A DNA stretch of 64,000 nucleotides, from positions 35,705 through 99,704 of the IMG/VR virus record IMGVR_UViG_2721756095_000004; one strand, given 5' to 3'. The translations under genes were made by a program, and so were the position numbers. This stretch comes from a virus (lineage: Duplodnaviria; Caudoviricetes). A model generated the notes under the pieces. The model saw only the letters and a program-made list of their open reading frames with translations, was not told the origin of the DNA and ran no database searches. Position 1 is the stretch's first letter. Each line of letters begins with the position of its first letter. Shown here piece after piece: positions 46,547-54,663 of this stretch.

Positions 46547-48828
46547 GCTATCGCCTCCTCTTGCTCGAATGCGAACAGGGAGTCTTGCTGCGCTATCGAC
46601 TTCATGTTCTTAACTGCTAGGTTAAAGTAGCTGCGCTTGAGTTCGGCGCCAACAAACCTGCGGCCCATCTTTACAGCGGTGTATCCCTCGCTACCGATGC
46701 CAGTGAATGGCGAGAAAACCAGATCTCCCGGTTTGCTCCATAACTCCATAGCTCGCTCAATTACATCAAGTTGTAATGGGCAAATATGCCGCTCGTCCTC
46801 GTTCTCCCTTGCGGATTGGTATTGCAGGGTCCGAGTTGGGTTAATGTCGAACCAGACCGGCGAGGCGTATCGCTGCCAAAGCTCTACAGGGAATATCTTT
46901 TGCTCTTCTTCCGCGTAGTCCAGTAGCTCCTTTTCACATACCTCAAGAACTTCATCCTCATCCCTGTAGTGGCGTATCGGATCTGAGTTAACGCCCGGCT
47001 TACGGAACGTCACGAGGTAATCAGGAACTCCCTGCCGGCTCATGCTCGAGTCCTTGCGGATCGTCTTATGCAACAACCCGAGAGCTTTAGTACGCTGCAT
47101 TGCGGTTACAGGGTCCTTCCAGATGCAGACTTCGGAGTGATATATCCATCCGTGAGCACGGAATAGCCGGATAATGTCGCCCCTGAAATCATCAATACCG
47201 ATGTACCCATGATGCTGCTTGCTGGTCGGGAGATTCATGCAATGCACTGAACACAAGCGCCCCGGCATGGTCACTCTATGCAACTCCTCGACCAAGTAGC
47301 CGAAGTGCTCCATAAACTGTTCTTTGGTCTTGCAATTACCCATGTCCCGATCAGAGTTTGAGTAGGTGTACAGGCTGGCAAAGGGAGGACTGAATACAGA
47401 AAACCCTATCGAGTCGCTTTCCAATTCGCTTGCCACTTCTACGCAGTCGCCCAGGTGTATCGTCCAATCTTTCCCGGTTGCTAAATCCCGCCGGTATTCC
47501 GATTTATCTGCTGTCATGCCGAATACGCTCCTTTGCATGAATTCCTTCATATGCTCCACCATGCGGGCACTCATTTCGTTGTGCTGCTGTTCTTTGCGCT
47601 TGATGTTTTCCAGGATTGGAAGCTCTGCCTGAGACAGGAAAATGTGAACGTTGACCGGTTTTGTTTGCCCGAAGCGATAGCACCGGCGGATAGCCTGATA
47701 CATGGACTCGAATGAGTTATCCAGACCAGCGAAGGCCATGTTATAGCAGTGCTGCCAGTTCATTCCAAAGCCGCACAGGGACGGTTTGCTGATCAGGTCT
47801 CGATGATCGCCAGTCGTAAATCCCTCCATCGCTGACTCTTTGTGTTCGATGGAATCGGAACCAGACACCGTTACCGCGCTCGGGATCAGCTTGCCTAGCG
47901 CCTCGCTCTCGGCGTTCAGATGACACCAAACGAGCCAAGGATCGGAAGAGTTATTAACCAGAGACGCAACGGAGCTAACCCGCTCATCCATGCTTTCGCG
48001 CTTGGCTGCCCGCTGCTCGCTCAGCCCCATTGCGGGCTTGTAGAACAATTGCCCTTCTGCAGCCTTTTCTGTCTCGATGATGTGCTCATGGATAACAAGG
48101 GGCGGCAGGTCGTATGCGCCGTCGTCAAATCCAATGTCCGACGGCATGCGAATAACAACAGCCCAGGTAGATAACCACTCCCAGAACTTAACCTCGCCAT
48201 GGCCCTTGAGACGCCATTTAGTGGTATCGCCGCCGTCATGGGTAAAGAACATGGCAAGCATTTCTTCTCGGCTCATGACACCCACAAACTCAGCTTGATT
48301 GCCAAGTTCCATGAAGTCGTTAGGGGAAGGCGTCGCGGTGCAGGAAAGACGATAAGGCACGAGCTTTGATGCTTCCAGGATCGCGCTGCGAGTCTTGCCA
48401 TCGTGCGATTTGAGGATGCTTGATTCGTCAAGCACCAGGCCAACGAATAACGATAGATCGAACCGATCCAACATCTCGTAATTCGTAATGATGATTCCGG
48501 AGGGGTTTTTGGGCTGGCTGCGGTGGTAGGAAACTTCGATCCCAAACTTGGCAGCCTCCCGGACGGTTTGAAGTGCCACAGAAAGAGGCGCGACTATGAT
48601 TACCGGCCTTCCCGTTTGATCAACCACCAGGCGCGACCATTCACATTCCATAAAGGTCTTGCCGAGCCCGGTATCGGCAAATATTGCCGCCCTGCCCCGA
48701 CCAACTGCCCAGCGAACCAGAACCTTCTGGAAGTCGAACAGATTGGGGTTGATGGCTGCCAGCGATATATCGTGGCCGGTTGCAATCTCTCGTATCTTCT
48801 TGCTTGAGAGAAAGTGTTGGTAGTTCAT
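46543..48828 (-). CDS. SF2 (SNF2-like) helicase fused to N4/N6 DNA methyltransferase
   Basis: DTGLGKT, DESS, TATP, Q..RR..RFGQ; then GDC, SPPF and SPFTGIGS in beta-class order. Confidence 0.88.
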   Translation of the reverse strand: MNYQHFLSSKKIREIATGHDISLAAINPNLFDFQKVLVRWAVGRGRAAIFADTGLGKTFMECEWSRLVVDQTGRPVIIVAPLSVALQTVREAAKFGIEVSYHRSQPKNPSGIIITNYEMLDRFDLSLFVGLVLDESSILKSHDGKTRSAILEASKLVPYRLSCTATPSPNDFMELGNQAEFVGVMSREEMLAMFFTHDGGDTTKWRLKGHGEVKFWEWLSTWAVVIRMPSDIGFDDGAYDLPPLVIHEHIIETEKAAEGQLFYKPAMGLSEQRAAKRESMDERVSSVASLVNNSSDPWLVWCHLNAESEALGKLIPSAVTVSGSDSIEHKESAMEGFTTGDHRDLISKPSLCGFGMNWQHCYNMAFAGLDNSFESMYQAIRRCYRFGQTKPVNVHIFLSQAELPILENIKRKEQQHNEMSARMVEHMKEFMQRSVFGMTADKSEYRRDLATGKDWTIHLGDCVEVASELESDSIGFSVFSPPFASLYTYSNSDRDMGNCKTKEQFMEHFGYLVEELHRVTMPGRLCSVHCMNLPTSKQHHGYIGIDDFRGDIIRLFRAHGWIYHSEVCIWKDPVTAMQRTKALGLLHKTIRKDSSMSRQGVPDYLVTFRKPGVNSDPIRHYRDEDEVLEVCEKELLDYAEEEQKIFPVELWQRYASPVWFDINPTRTLQYQSARENEDERHICPLQLDVIERAMELWSKPGDLVFSPFTGIGSEGYTAVKMGRRFVGAELKRSYFNLAVKNMKSIAQQDSLFAFEQEEAIA

Positions 48829-49130
48829 TGCAGCGCCACCCTCACCGGATGAATGCTGATACCGCTTATGCTGCATTTGCGCGTCGTCTCAAGTCGCTCC
48901 AGGCGCCCTGCTGCAACGAGTGCGTTCACTCGGGCAGATACCGTGCTCAAGTCAATTTCGCCGTGATAGCGGCGGTAAAGGCTCTGTATTTCCTTGAGGC
49001 TGATATTGCCGCCGAGCCAGCCGTGATAGCGAGTTACGATGTCGCAGATACGATCCGCCTGAGTCGCCAGATGCTTGACCGGCAATGCGCGGTAAGCGGC
49101 TATCGAACTGTCTTGCACGGCCGTTTTCAT
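48825..49130 (-). CDS. Winged-helix-like hypothetical protein
   Basis: S..AY, STVSARVN.L...G.L....R.C..SG. Confidence 0.7.
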   Translation of the reverse strand: MKTAVQDSSIAAYRALPVKHLATQADRICDIVTRYHGWLGGNISLKEIQSLYRRYHGEIDLSTVSARVNALVAAGRLERLETTRKCSISGISIHPVRVALQ

Positions 49131-49420
49131 ACCCGCTGATCCTTGATAAGCCGCGCGAGCTTGTACAGGATTTGTGCACTCTCTGGTGTATCAACACCGA
49201 GCGATTCGGCCGATAATTTGCTCATCTCGACCTTGCGGCGATCCTGACGGATGAGCTCTCTGATATATGCGCTTTGCGAAACACCCCGGCCTTCAGCCTC
49301 GTCGCGGCTCCAGGTGAATTCATCCGGAGTTAAAAGGGTAGATACCCGCACGGTGTGGTTTTCACGAAGGCTGAACAGTGTGTTTTCGTCCAGTTTGTCG
49401 CCGTCGATTTCGATGGTCAT
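49127..49420 (-). CDS. Ribbon-helix-helix-like regulator in the cII position
   Basis: V...LT..E......A...G.S.S.YIRELI; RBS AAGGA. Confidence 0.6.
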   Translation of the reverse strand: MTIEIDGDKLDENTLFSLRENHTVRVSTLLTPDEFTWSRDEAEGRGVSQSAYIRELIRQDRRKVEMSKLSAESLGVDTPESAQILYKLARLIKDQRV

Positions 49421-49432
49421 GATTCAATCCTT

Positions 49433-49464
49433 AAAAAGAGCCCCCTCCGAAGAGGGGGATAAAA
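49433..49464. terminator. tR1-like hairpin downstream of cro
   Basis: CCCCCTC-CGAA-GAGGGGG with A-tracts; reads as a terminator on the minus strand. Confidence 0.6.
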
Positions 49465-49568
49465 CCACCCGGCACAAGAGGGGGGGAAACGGCCGGGCAG
49501 AACAGAATGGTGGGAGGTTTCTGCCGTGGTAGAGTTTGGGTTCCATAACAATCACAAGATAAGCATCC

Positions 49569-50039
49569 ATGTACTCAGAAATCTCTGCCGCGCTTCAGAG
49601 CGTCAAAACGTTAATCGACCTGGCCAAGAGCGCCAGTTCTTTCTCCCAACAATTCGAACTGCAAGTAGCTGTCCGTGCAGTCGAGGAAAAGCTTTCTCAA
49701 GCTATCGCTGCGAATCTGGCTAGCACCGAGAAGCAAGCGCTTTTGCTGGAACGTATACGCATGCTCGAAGAAGAAAAACTGCAACTTGAGAACTGGGAAA
49801 GAACAGCGGCCGATTACTCGTTGCAGCAGATCGGCACTGGTATTTTTGCTTATGTTTATAAGCCGGCTGTGGAGACGCCCAAGGAGCGGCACTGGGCTTG
49901 CGCAAAGTGCTTTCATGACCGCAAGCTGCTTGTCCTTCAACGCGAGCACCGGATAGGGTACGTTTGCCACGGTTGCGGGTCGAAAATCTCTGCCTTGAAG
50001 AACGGACAGATAGCAACGATAGATTCGGCTTATGGGTAA
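49569..50039 (+). CDS. Antisense moron: coiled coil plus zinc ribbon
   Basis: Convergent with cro; N-terminal heptads, Y.L.....G.F.Y, CAKC..CHGC. Confidence 0.75.
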   Translation: MYSEISAALQSVKTLIDLAKSASSFSQQFELQVAVRAVEEKLSQAIAANLASTEKQALLLERIRMLEEEKLQLENWERTAADYSLQQIGTGIFAYVYKPAVETPKERHWACAKCFHDRKLLVLQREHRIGYVCHGCGSKISALKNGQIATIDSAYG

Positions 50040-50044
50040 TCGAC

Positions 50045-50242
50045 TCACGCAACCTCCTTTGATTTGGAGGGGGCGCGGAAGACCTCGGGGCGAATTACTT
50101 TTAAATACATGAGCCGGGCATTAGGGATGCCATCTTCGCGCCAACCTGACACTGAAGGCGGTTTGACATTACATAGGCGCGCTACGGCATTGGTTCCACC
50201 AAGTGCATCAATGATTTCATTAGCAAGATTTTCTTTGTCCAT
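50045..50242 (-). CDS. cro: Cro-like repressor
   Basis: IIDALGGT.AVA.LC.VKPPSVS.W...GIP..R; divergent from cI. Confidence 0.88.
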   Translation of the reverse strand: MDKENLANEIIDALGGTNAVARLCNVKPPSVSGWREDGIPNARLMYLKVIRPEVFRAPSKSKEVA

Positions 50243-50249
50243 AGGCAAT

Positions 50250-50308
50250 ACTATAAGGCATACCTAATAGCCTTGTCAAGGCATACCTAACGGACAAACT
50301 GTTAGCAT
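50250..50308. promoter_or_regulatory. OR region: PR, PRM and two operators
   Basis: TAAGGCATACCTAA 50254-50267 and CAAGGCATACCTAA 50277-50290; minus-strand TTGACA-18-TATAGT; plus-strand TGtTAGCAT extended -10. Confidence 0.85.
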
Positions 50309-50315
50309 AATAAAA

Positions 50316-50816
50316 ATGAAAAAATGGAATGACAGGCTTGATTACGCGCTCAAAGTCCGAAATAAAACACCGGCTGAGTTGGCGCGCGCTACCGGAACAA
50401 AACCGCCTTCTGTAAAGGAATGGTTAGATGGAATAACCAAAAATATTGGCGCTGGGAATGCGGTAAAGGCGTGCGGTTTTTTAAAAATTAATATTGATTG
50501 GCTGCTGCACGGAAAGCTTCCAAGCGGACTAGAAGATTCAAGCAAAGCGGCTGATGTCCAAGTTGTCGAAGAGAGCGAGACGGAGCTTTCCGGCGAGCAA
50601 AAGCAGATACTTTCTCTGATAGCCGGCATCGACAAAGAAACTCGGAGCGCAGTTTTAACGATTCTTTCAAAGCTAATACCAGAGAGGCGAAAGGAAAATA
50701 CCTTGCCCAACGAAGGCCGCAGATTGGGTGAAATTAATTACAGAGATAGCGTGACCAAAGGGCGATTGCTAAACCATGGCCATAAGATCAACGAAAAAAG
50801 GAAGAGAGGGACATGA
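50316..50816 (+). CDS. cI: CI-like repressor (XRE HTH, no S24 peptidase domain)
   Basis: RL..A......AELAR..G.KPPSV..W..G, WLL.G; recognition helix KPPSV shared with Cro. Confidence 0.85.
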   Translation: MKKWNDRLDYALKVRNKTPAELARATGTKPPSVKEWLDGITKNIGAGNAVKACGFLKINIDWLLHGKLPSGLEDSSKAADVQVVEESETELSGEQKQILSLIAGIDKETRSAVLTILSKLIPERRKENTLPNEGRRLGEINYRDSVTKGRLLNHGHKINEKRKRGT

Positions 50817-51070
50817 CCGGACCTTTTAGACTCGTCACTAAAACAATCTCGCACGACACGGTAGGGGCGCTTCAAACTCTGCTAGATGAGGCCGAAAAAG
50901 GCGACTTAATTGGTATTGCCTTCGCGGTCATGTACAGCAAAGGTGGATATATAACCGATGCAGCTGGCGAAGCGTACGAAAGCCCGACCTTTGCGCGCGG
51001 CATGGTCAAGGCTCTGGACGATCGGTTACGGGAAATTTTGCGCGAGCTAAGTAGTACCAAAGTCCAATAG
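50813..51070 (+). CDS. Hypothetical protein coupled to cI
   Basis: ATGA overlap; L..LL..A..G.L.G.A pattern. Confidence 0.7.
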   Translation: MTGPFRLVTKTISHDTVGALQTLLDEAEKGDLIGIAFAVMYSKGGYITDAAGEAYESPTFARGMVKALDDRLREILRELSSTKVQ

Positions 51071-51146
51071 CAGCGCAAGGCGCATTCGGCAACAATTCCA
51101 AAGGCGTACACGACAGCGTTTAATGCCGTCCCTCTGGGAAAGAAAA

Positions 51147-51425
51147 ATGACGAGATTGTTGCTGGTTTTATGTTTATTTATCTTTGCCTCCTCAGTTTTT
51201 TCCGCAAATGAAAGTCTTCACCCTGCTATCGAAGCGCAGCAATCGCATGAGTGCCAAAAGTCGATTAAATCCCACGAATCCAAGGAAGTACTCGCGGGAC
51301 GTGGATGCTGCTCCCATCATAGCGGAGTTTGTGGGTGCTCAGGCGGCAGGGCTACTTGCTGCGATGGATCGCTGAGTCCAACATGTGGATGCCACAAGGA
51401 CGAGCGGACCGGTACTCCTAATTAA
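51147..51425 (+). CDS. Secreted Cys-rich protein
   Basis: Signal peptide ending VFS-A; RGCCSHHSGVCGC......CCDG..SP.CGC. Confidence 0.75.
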   Translation: MTRLLLVLCLFIFASSVFSANESLHPAIEAQQSHECQKSIKSHESKEVLAGRGCCSHHSGVCGCSGGRATCCDGSLSPTCGCHKDERTGTPN

Positions 51426-51432
51426 ACGCTCT

Positions 51433-51783
51433 ATGAAAAACGTATTTCTTCTGATAATTTTGACGACCTTTTTGGTCGGTTGCGCTGGGACAATGCTGCC
51501 CGGCCGCATACACGTTTCCCCTGACGACAAGGTTATGGAATTTAGCATCGAAAAAAGTAGCGGCAGGGGAAAGATGCAGGCGTTCGATAAACAGACTGGG
51601 GAAAAATTCACAGGAAATTACTCCGCCTATTACAGCGGCCAGAACGCACGGGGGGAAGGCATGCTGATAGGAGACAGAGGCAAGAAGATCAAGTTACGCC
51701 TTTTAATAGAGCCAGGAATCAGACCAACGGGACGCGGAACCGGATCGGATGGATCAGGTAAGCGTTATGATATTGTCTTTTGA
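51433..51783 (+). CDS. Lipoprotein, small beta-rich domain
   Basis: MKNVFLLIILTTFLVGC lipobox; GE.F.G.Y, G.G...D..G..Y...F. Confidence 0.8.
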   Translation: MKNVFLLIILTTFLVGCAGTMLPGRIHVSPDDKVMEFSIEKSSGRGKMQAFDKQTGEKFTGNYSAYYSGQNARGEGMLIGDRGKKIKLRLLIEPGIRPTGRGTGSDGSGKRYDIVF

Positions 51784-51796
51784 GGGGAGCGTTTAA

Positions 51797-52564
51797 TTGA
51801 AGCGCATTGTTCAATTAGGGCTTTTTATTCTAGCAACCGCCTTTGTTACTCCAACGTGGAGCGGGGGCGGGTTTGCGGGCGGCTTGGCCGAAGGCTTGCA
51901 ACGAGGAATGCAGTTAAATATGCAGCGTCAATTTCTCGAATTGCAACAGCAGCGATCTTCGAAACAGGAGGGCAGCGATGAAGATTGGCTTGAGCAGGTG
52001 CATCAGACCGAAAGCAAGCAGCCGGACGCTAGGGTAAGAATCATGAAGGCAATGGCTACGACTGACCTGCTTGATGATCCCGAAAAACTGTCGAAGATGG
52101 CGGCTATCTCAGCAGATCATGGAATGATGAATGAAGCAATAAAGTTTTCCGAGCTTGCGAGCCAAGCCAAACAACGTGCCCAGGTTGAGGTCATGCAAAA
52201 CCTTATGATGGGCAATGTAGAGCGCGCAATGGATATGGCTAGAAGAGGCGGCACGCCCTTCGCGGACCGTCCTGATAAAGTTCACCCCGCCAATCCGAAC
52301 GATTACCAGTGGCGCGTTCTGTACGAAGGGTCACCAGAAACGGTAATCAACGTGCAGAGTTTGTATGAAACGTACGCACGCACAGCTCCAGTTAAGGATG
52401 TAGCTGGAGTCATGCAGAGCTTTCAGGGTGATCAGGAACGAAATGCTCGCATGGAGCTGATGGAAGAACAAAAACGCGCATTGGAGGAACAACGCAGACG
52501 GGGTTCAACATCGGAACTCAGGGACGCGCTTCTAATAAATGAAATGCTCGCGCCGAGGCATTGA
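51797..52564 (+). CDS. Exported paralogue of the ejection protein at 13293..14600
   Basis: RBS GAGGGGAG plus TTG; 22-aa signal peptide; GGFAGGLA.G and an ungapped 82-aa block with 33 identities (hand alignment) to the virion protein. Confidence 0.85.
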   Translation: MKRIVQLGLFILATAFVTPTWSGGGFAGGLAEGLQRGMQLNMQRQFLELQQQRSSKQEGSDEDWLEQVHQTESKQPDARVRIMKAMATTDLLDDPEKLSKMAAISADHGMMNEAIKFSELASQAKQRAQVEVMQNLMMGNVERAMDMARRGGTPFADRPDKVHPANPNDYQWRVLYEGSPETVINVQSLYETYARTAPVKDVAGVMQSFQGDQERNARMELMEEQKRALEEQRRRGSTSELRDALLINEMLAPRH

Positions 52565-52616
52565 AGGCGCCAAGGGCCAGGGTATTATCTAAACGAGAAA
52601 CACAAGGAGAACAATC

Positions 52617-52886
52617 GTGAAAACTATCGTCGCCGCCCTTCTCGCCTTTTCCCTGCCCGGCATTGCTCAGGCCCAAGGATGGACAAACCCCTACTCGGAT
52701 ACGGCCGAGCAGTTGGAGACGAAAGAGCGTAAGTTGCGCATGGAGCTCATGGAAAAGCAAAGTAAGGCTCTTGACGAGCAGCGGCGAATGATGCGCAGCC
52801 AGGATCTGAGAAACGACCTGCAATCCCTGGAGATGCTGGGCGATAGGTCTGGAGGTATCAGACCTATTCCGCCTATCGGCTATTAA
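52617..52886 (+). CDS. Secreted helical protein sharing a module with the upstream gene
   Basis: RBS AAGGAG; signal peptide ending AQA; RMELME.Q..AL.EQRR. Confidence 0.8.
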   Translation: MKTIVAALLAFSLPGIAQAQGWTNPYSDTAEQLETKERKLRMELMEKQSKALDEQRRMMRSQDLRNDLQSLEMLGDRSGGIRPIPPIGY

Positions 52887-52903
52887 CCCCCTCTTTCCGT
52901 CGA

Positions 52904-53341
52904 ATGCTCACGGCTCTCTTTTTGGCGACCGTGATAGGCATATCCGACGGAGACACCTTAACGGTCCTGAACGAGAGTAAACAACAGATCAAGATCCGTC
53001 TCGCCGAGATTGATGCCCCCGAGAAGCGGCAGCCTTTTGGTGCGCGTTCCAAACAATCCCTTTCTGATCTATGCTTCGGCAAGAAAGCCCAGGTAATACC
53101 CCAAGCAAAGGATCGATATAAGCGCATAGTCGCGCGCATCAAATGCGATGGGACCGATGCAAACGCAGAGCAAGTTGGTCGGGGCATGGCTTGGGTCTAC
53201 CGCCGCTATGCGAAGGATCACGATCTGTATGTGCTGGAGCATAACGCCAAAGTAGAGAAACGCGGACTATGGTCAGAGCCCTCCCCTATCGCTCCTTGGA
53301 ATTTTCGAGATAACCGTCGAAAGAATGTGCGGACGCTTTGA
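52904..53341 (+). CDS. Thermonuclease (SNase family)
   Basis: V..I.DGDT, IRL..IDAPE..Q..G, DRY.R, V..G.AW.Y, RGLW....PW. Confidence 0.93.
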   Translation: MLTALFLATVIGISDGDTLTVLNESKQQIKIRLAEIDAPEKRQPFGARSKQSLSDLCFGKKAQVIPQAKDRYKRIVARIKCDGTDANAEQVGRGMAWVYRRYAKDHDLYVLEHNAKVEKRGLWSEPSPIAPWNFRDNRRKNVRTL

Positions 53342-54020
53342 ACAGTCGGGAACGCGGAAATATTACGCTCGCCACATTGATCCAGACGCGCCTTCACGAG
53401 AATGGGTTGGAGGCGACACTATTCCTCAATATAACGTCAGCCCAGGGCAAGCGCTTCTAGTCCTCCACATGCTGGATGGCACGCTTCATTCTGACCGTAT
53501 CACCTGGGGCTATAGAACACCGCAAGAGGCAGCAGAAAAGAAAAAACCTTGGATCAACGCCAGGATTGAGAAAGCGCTAACTGGGCGCTATTTTCGCCAC
53601 ATGTTCAGGGAAGGCCGAGTGATTATCCCTGCCGGCGGATGGTATGAGTGGACCGTTGAAAATGGCAAGAAGCAGCCGTGGTACATCACGCGGAACGTGG
53701 ATAAACCAATCTTCATGGCAGGGGTAACGAACTTCCGGCTGTACAGTCAGCAAGCTGTTGAGGTGGGATGCGTCATTGTCACAGAGGATAGTGGCGGCAG
53801 CATGGTGGATATTCATGATCGCAGGCCTGTTGTGCTGGGACCGGATGATGCCTTTCGTTGGATGGACCTTGAAACGCCGGTTGAGGAAGCGGCGCATATA
53901 GCCCAGAGCAGATCCTTGCCAACGGAAGAATTTATGTGGTGGCGTGTGAGTACGCAGGTGAACCGGGCCGATCCTGCGAATAATGGACGGCATTTGCTCG
54001 AGCCAGCGCCTCTTAGTTAA
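53325..54020 (+). CDS. SRAP (YedK/HMCES) abasic-site protein
   Basis: MCGRF, YN..P, NAR.E, G.YEW, IHDR.P. Confidence 0.93.
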   Translation: MCGRFEQSGTRKYYARHIDPDAPSREWVGGDTIPQYNVSPGQALLVLHMLDGTLHSDRITWGYRTPQEAAEKKKPWINARIEKALTGRYFRHMFREGRVIIPAGGWYEWTVENGKKQPWYITRNVDKPIFMAGVTNFRLYSQQAVEVGCVIVTEDSGGSMVDIHDRRPVVLGPDDAFRWMDLETPVEEAAHIAQSRSLPTEEFMWWRVSTQVNRADPANNGRHLLEPAPLS

Positions 54021-54663
54021 CGTCCCAGACATCAAAATCAACAGATTTTGGTACTCTTCGCGCAATAAAAAGCCCCAGCGTTTGTACATGCGGCATCTCT
54101 GCATGAATTACTTTTTGGACTGCCTTGAAATGCGAGCCCGTTGTTAACACATCATCAATTATTAGCGCGACAGTCGGTATTGGATTAACAATACTTTGAT
54201 CAATCCGGTAATTTTCAGCTAACTCATCTGGCGGCGGCCGGCCGGTAGTTTGGTCGTGCGAGGGTGATTTCGATTCAAGCTGTATGACAAGCTCGCGGAT
54301 GTCGCTTTTGTAGCCAGCGCACATACTCTGGAGCATACGAAGCAGACGGTCATCGTATAAGGGATCTGTTTTCTTCTTGGACGGGGGGATGGGGACGAAG
54401 GTAACTGATTCAAAAGCGTTCGGTGACAATGCGGCTCTAAAGATTTGGGCCGCCTTAGCTATGGCCTGTTCCTTGTAACGCCACTCGGGACGCCCTTTCC
54501 TGTCAACTTCTTTCTTAAAATTGATTATGAGTTGATTTGTTTCGCTATAGGCAAACCCTTCCCCGGCTGTGTATTCGCCATGGAAATAACATTTGTCCCC
54601 GGGCAGTAAATAGTGATGGTCACGACGGATTAAATCATCGACCTCGATAATTCTCTTATTCAA
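54013..54663 (-). CDS. ComF-like phosphoribosyltransferase (ShosT-like toxin candidate)
   Basis: VPIPPS, IIDDVLTTGS PRPP-binding loop; overlaps DprA-like gene. Confidence 0.85.
   Translation of the reverse strand: MNKRIIEVDDLIRRDHHYLLPGDKCYFHGEYTAGEGFAYSETNQLIINFKKEVDRKGRPEWRYKEQAIAKAAQIFRAALSPNAFESVTFVPIPPSKKKTDPLYDDRLLRMLQSMCAGYKSDIRELVIQLESKSPSHDQTTGRPPPDELAENYRIDQSIVNPIPTVALIIDDVLTTGSHFKAVQKVIHAEMPHVQTLGLFIARRVPKSVDFDVWDVN

Noticed and set aside
52890-53330. LexA box controlling SRAP
   Set aside because: CTGTATGTGCTGGAGC near 53225 lacks the CAG half-site; no CTG-N10-CAG match noticed by eye
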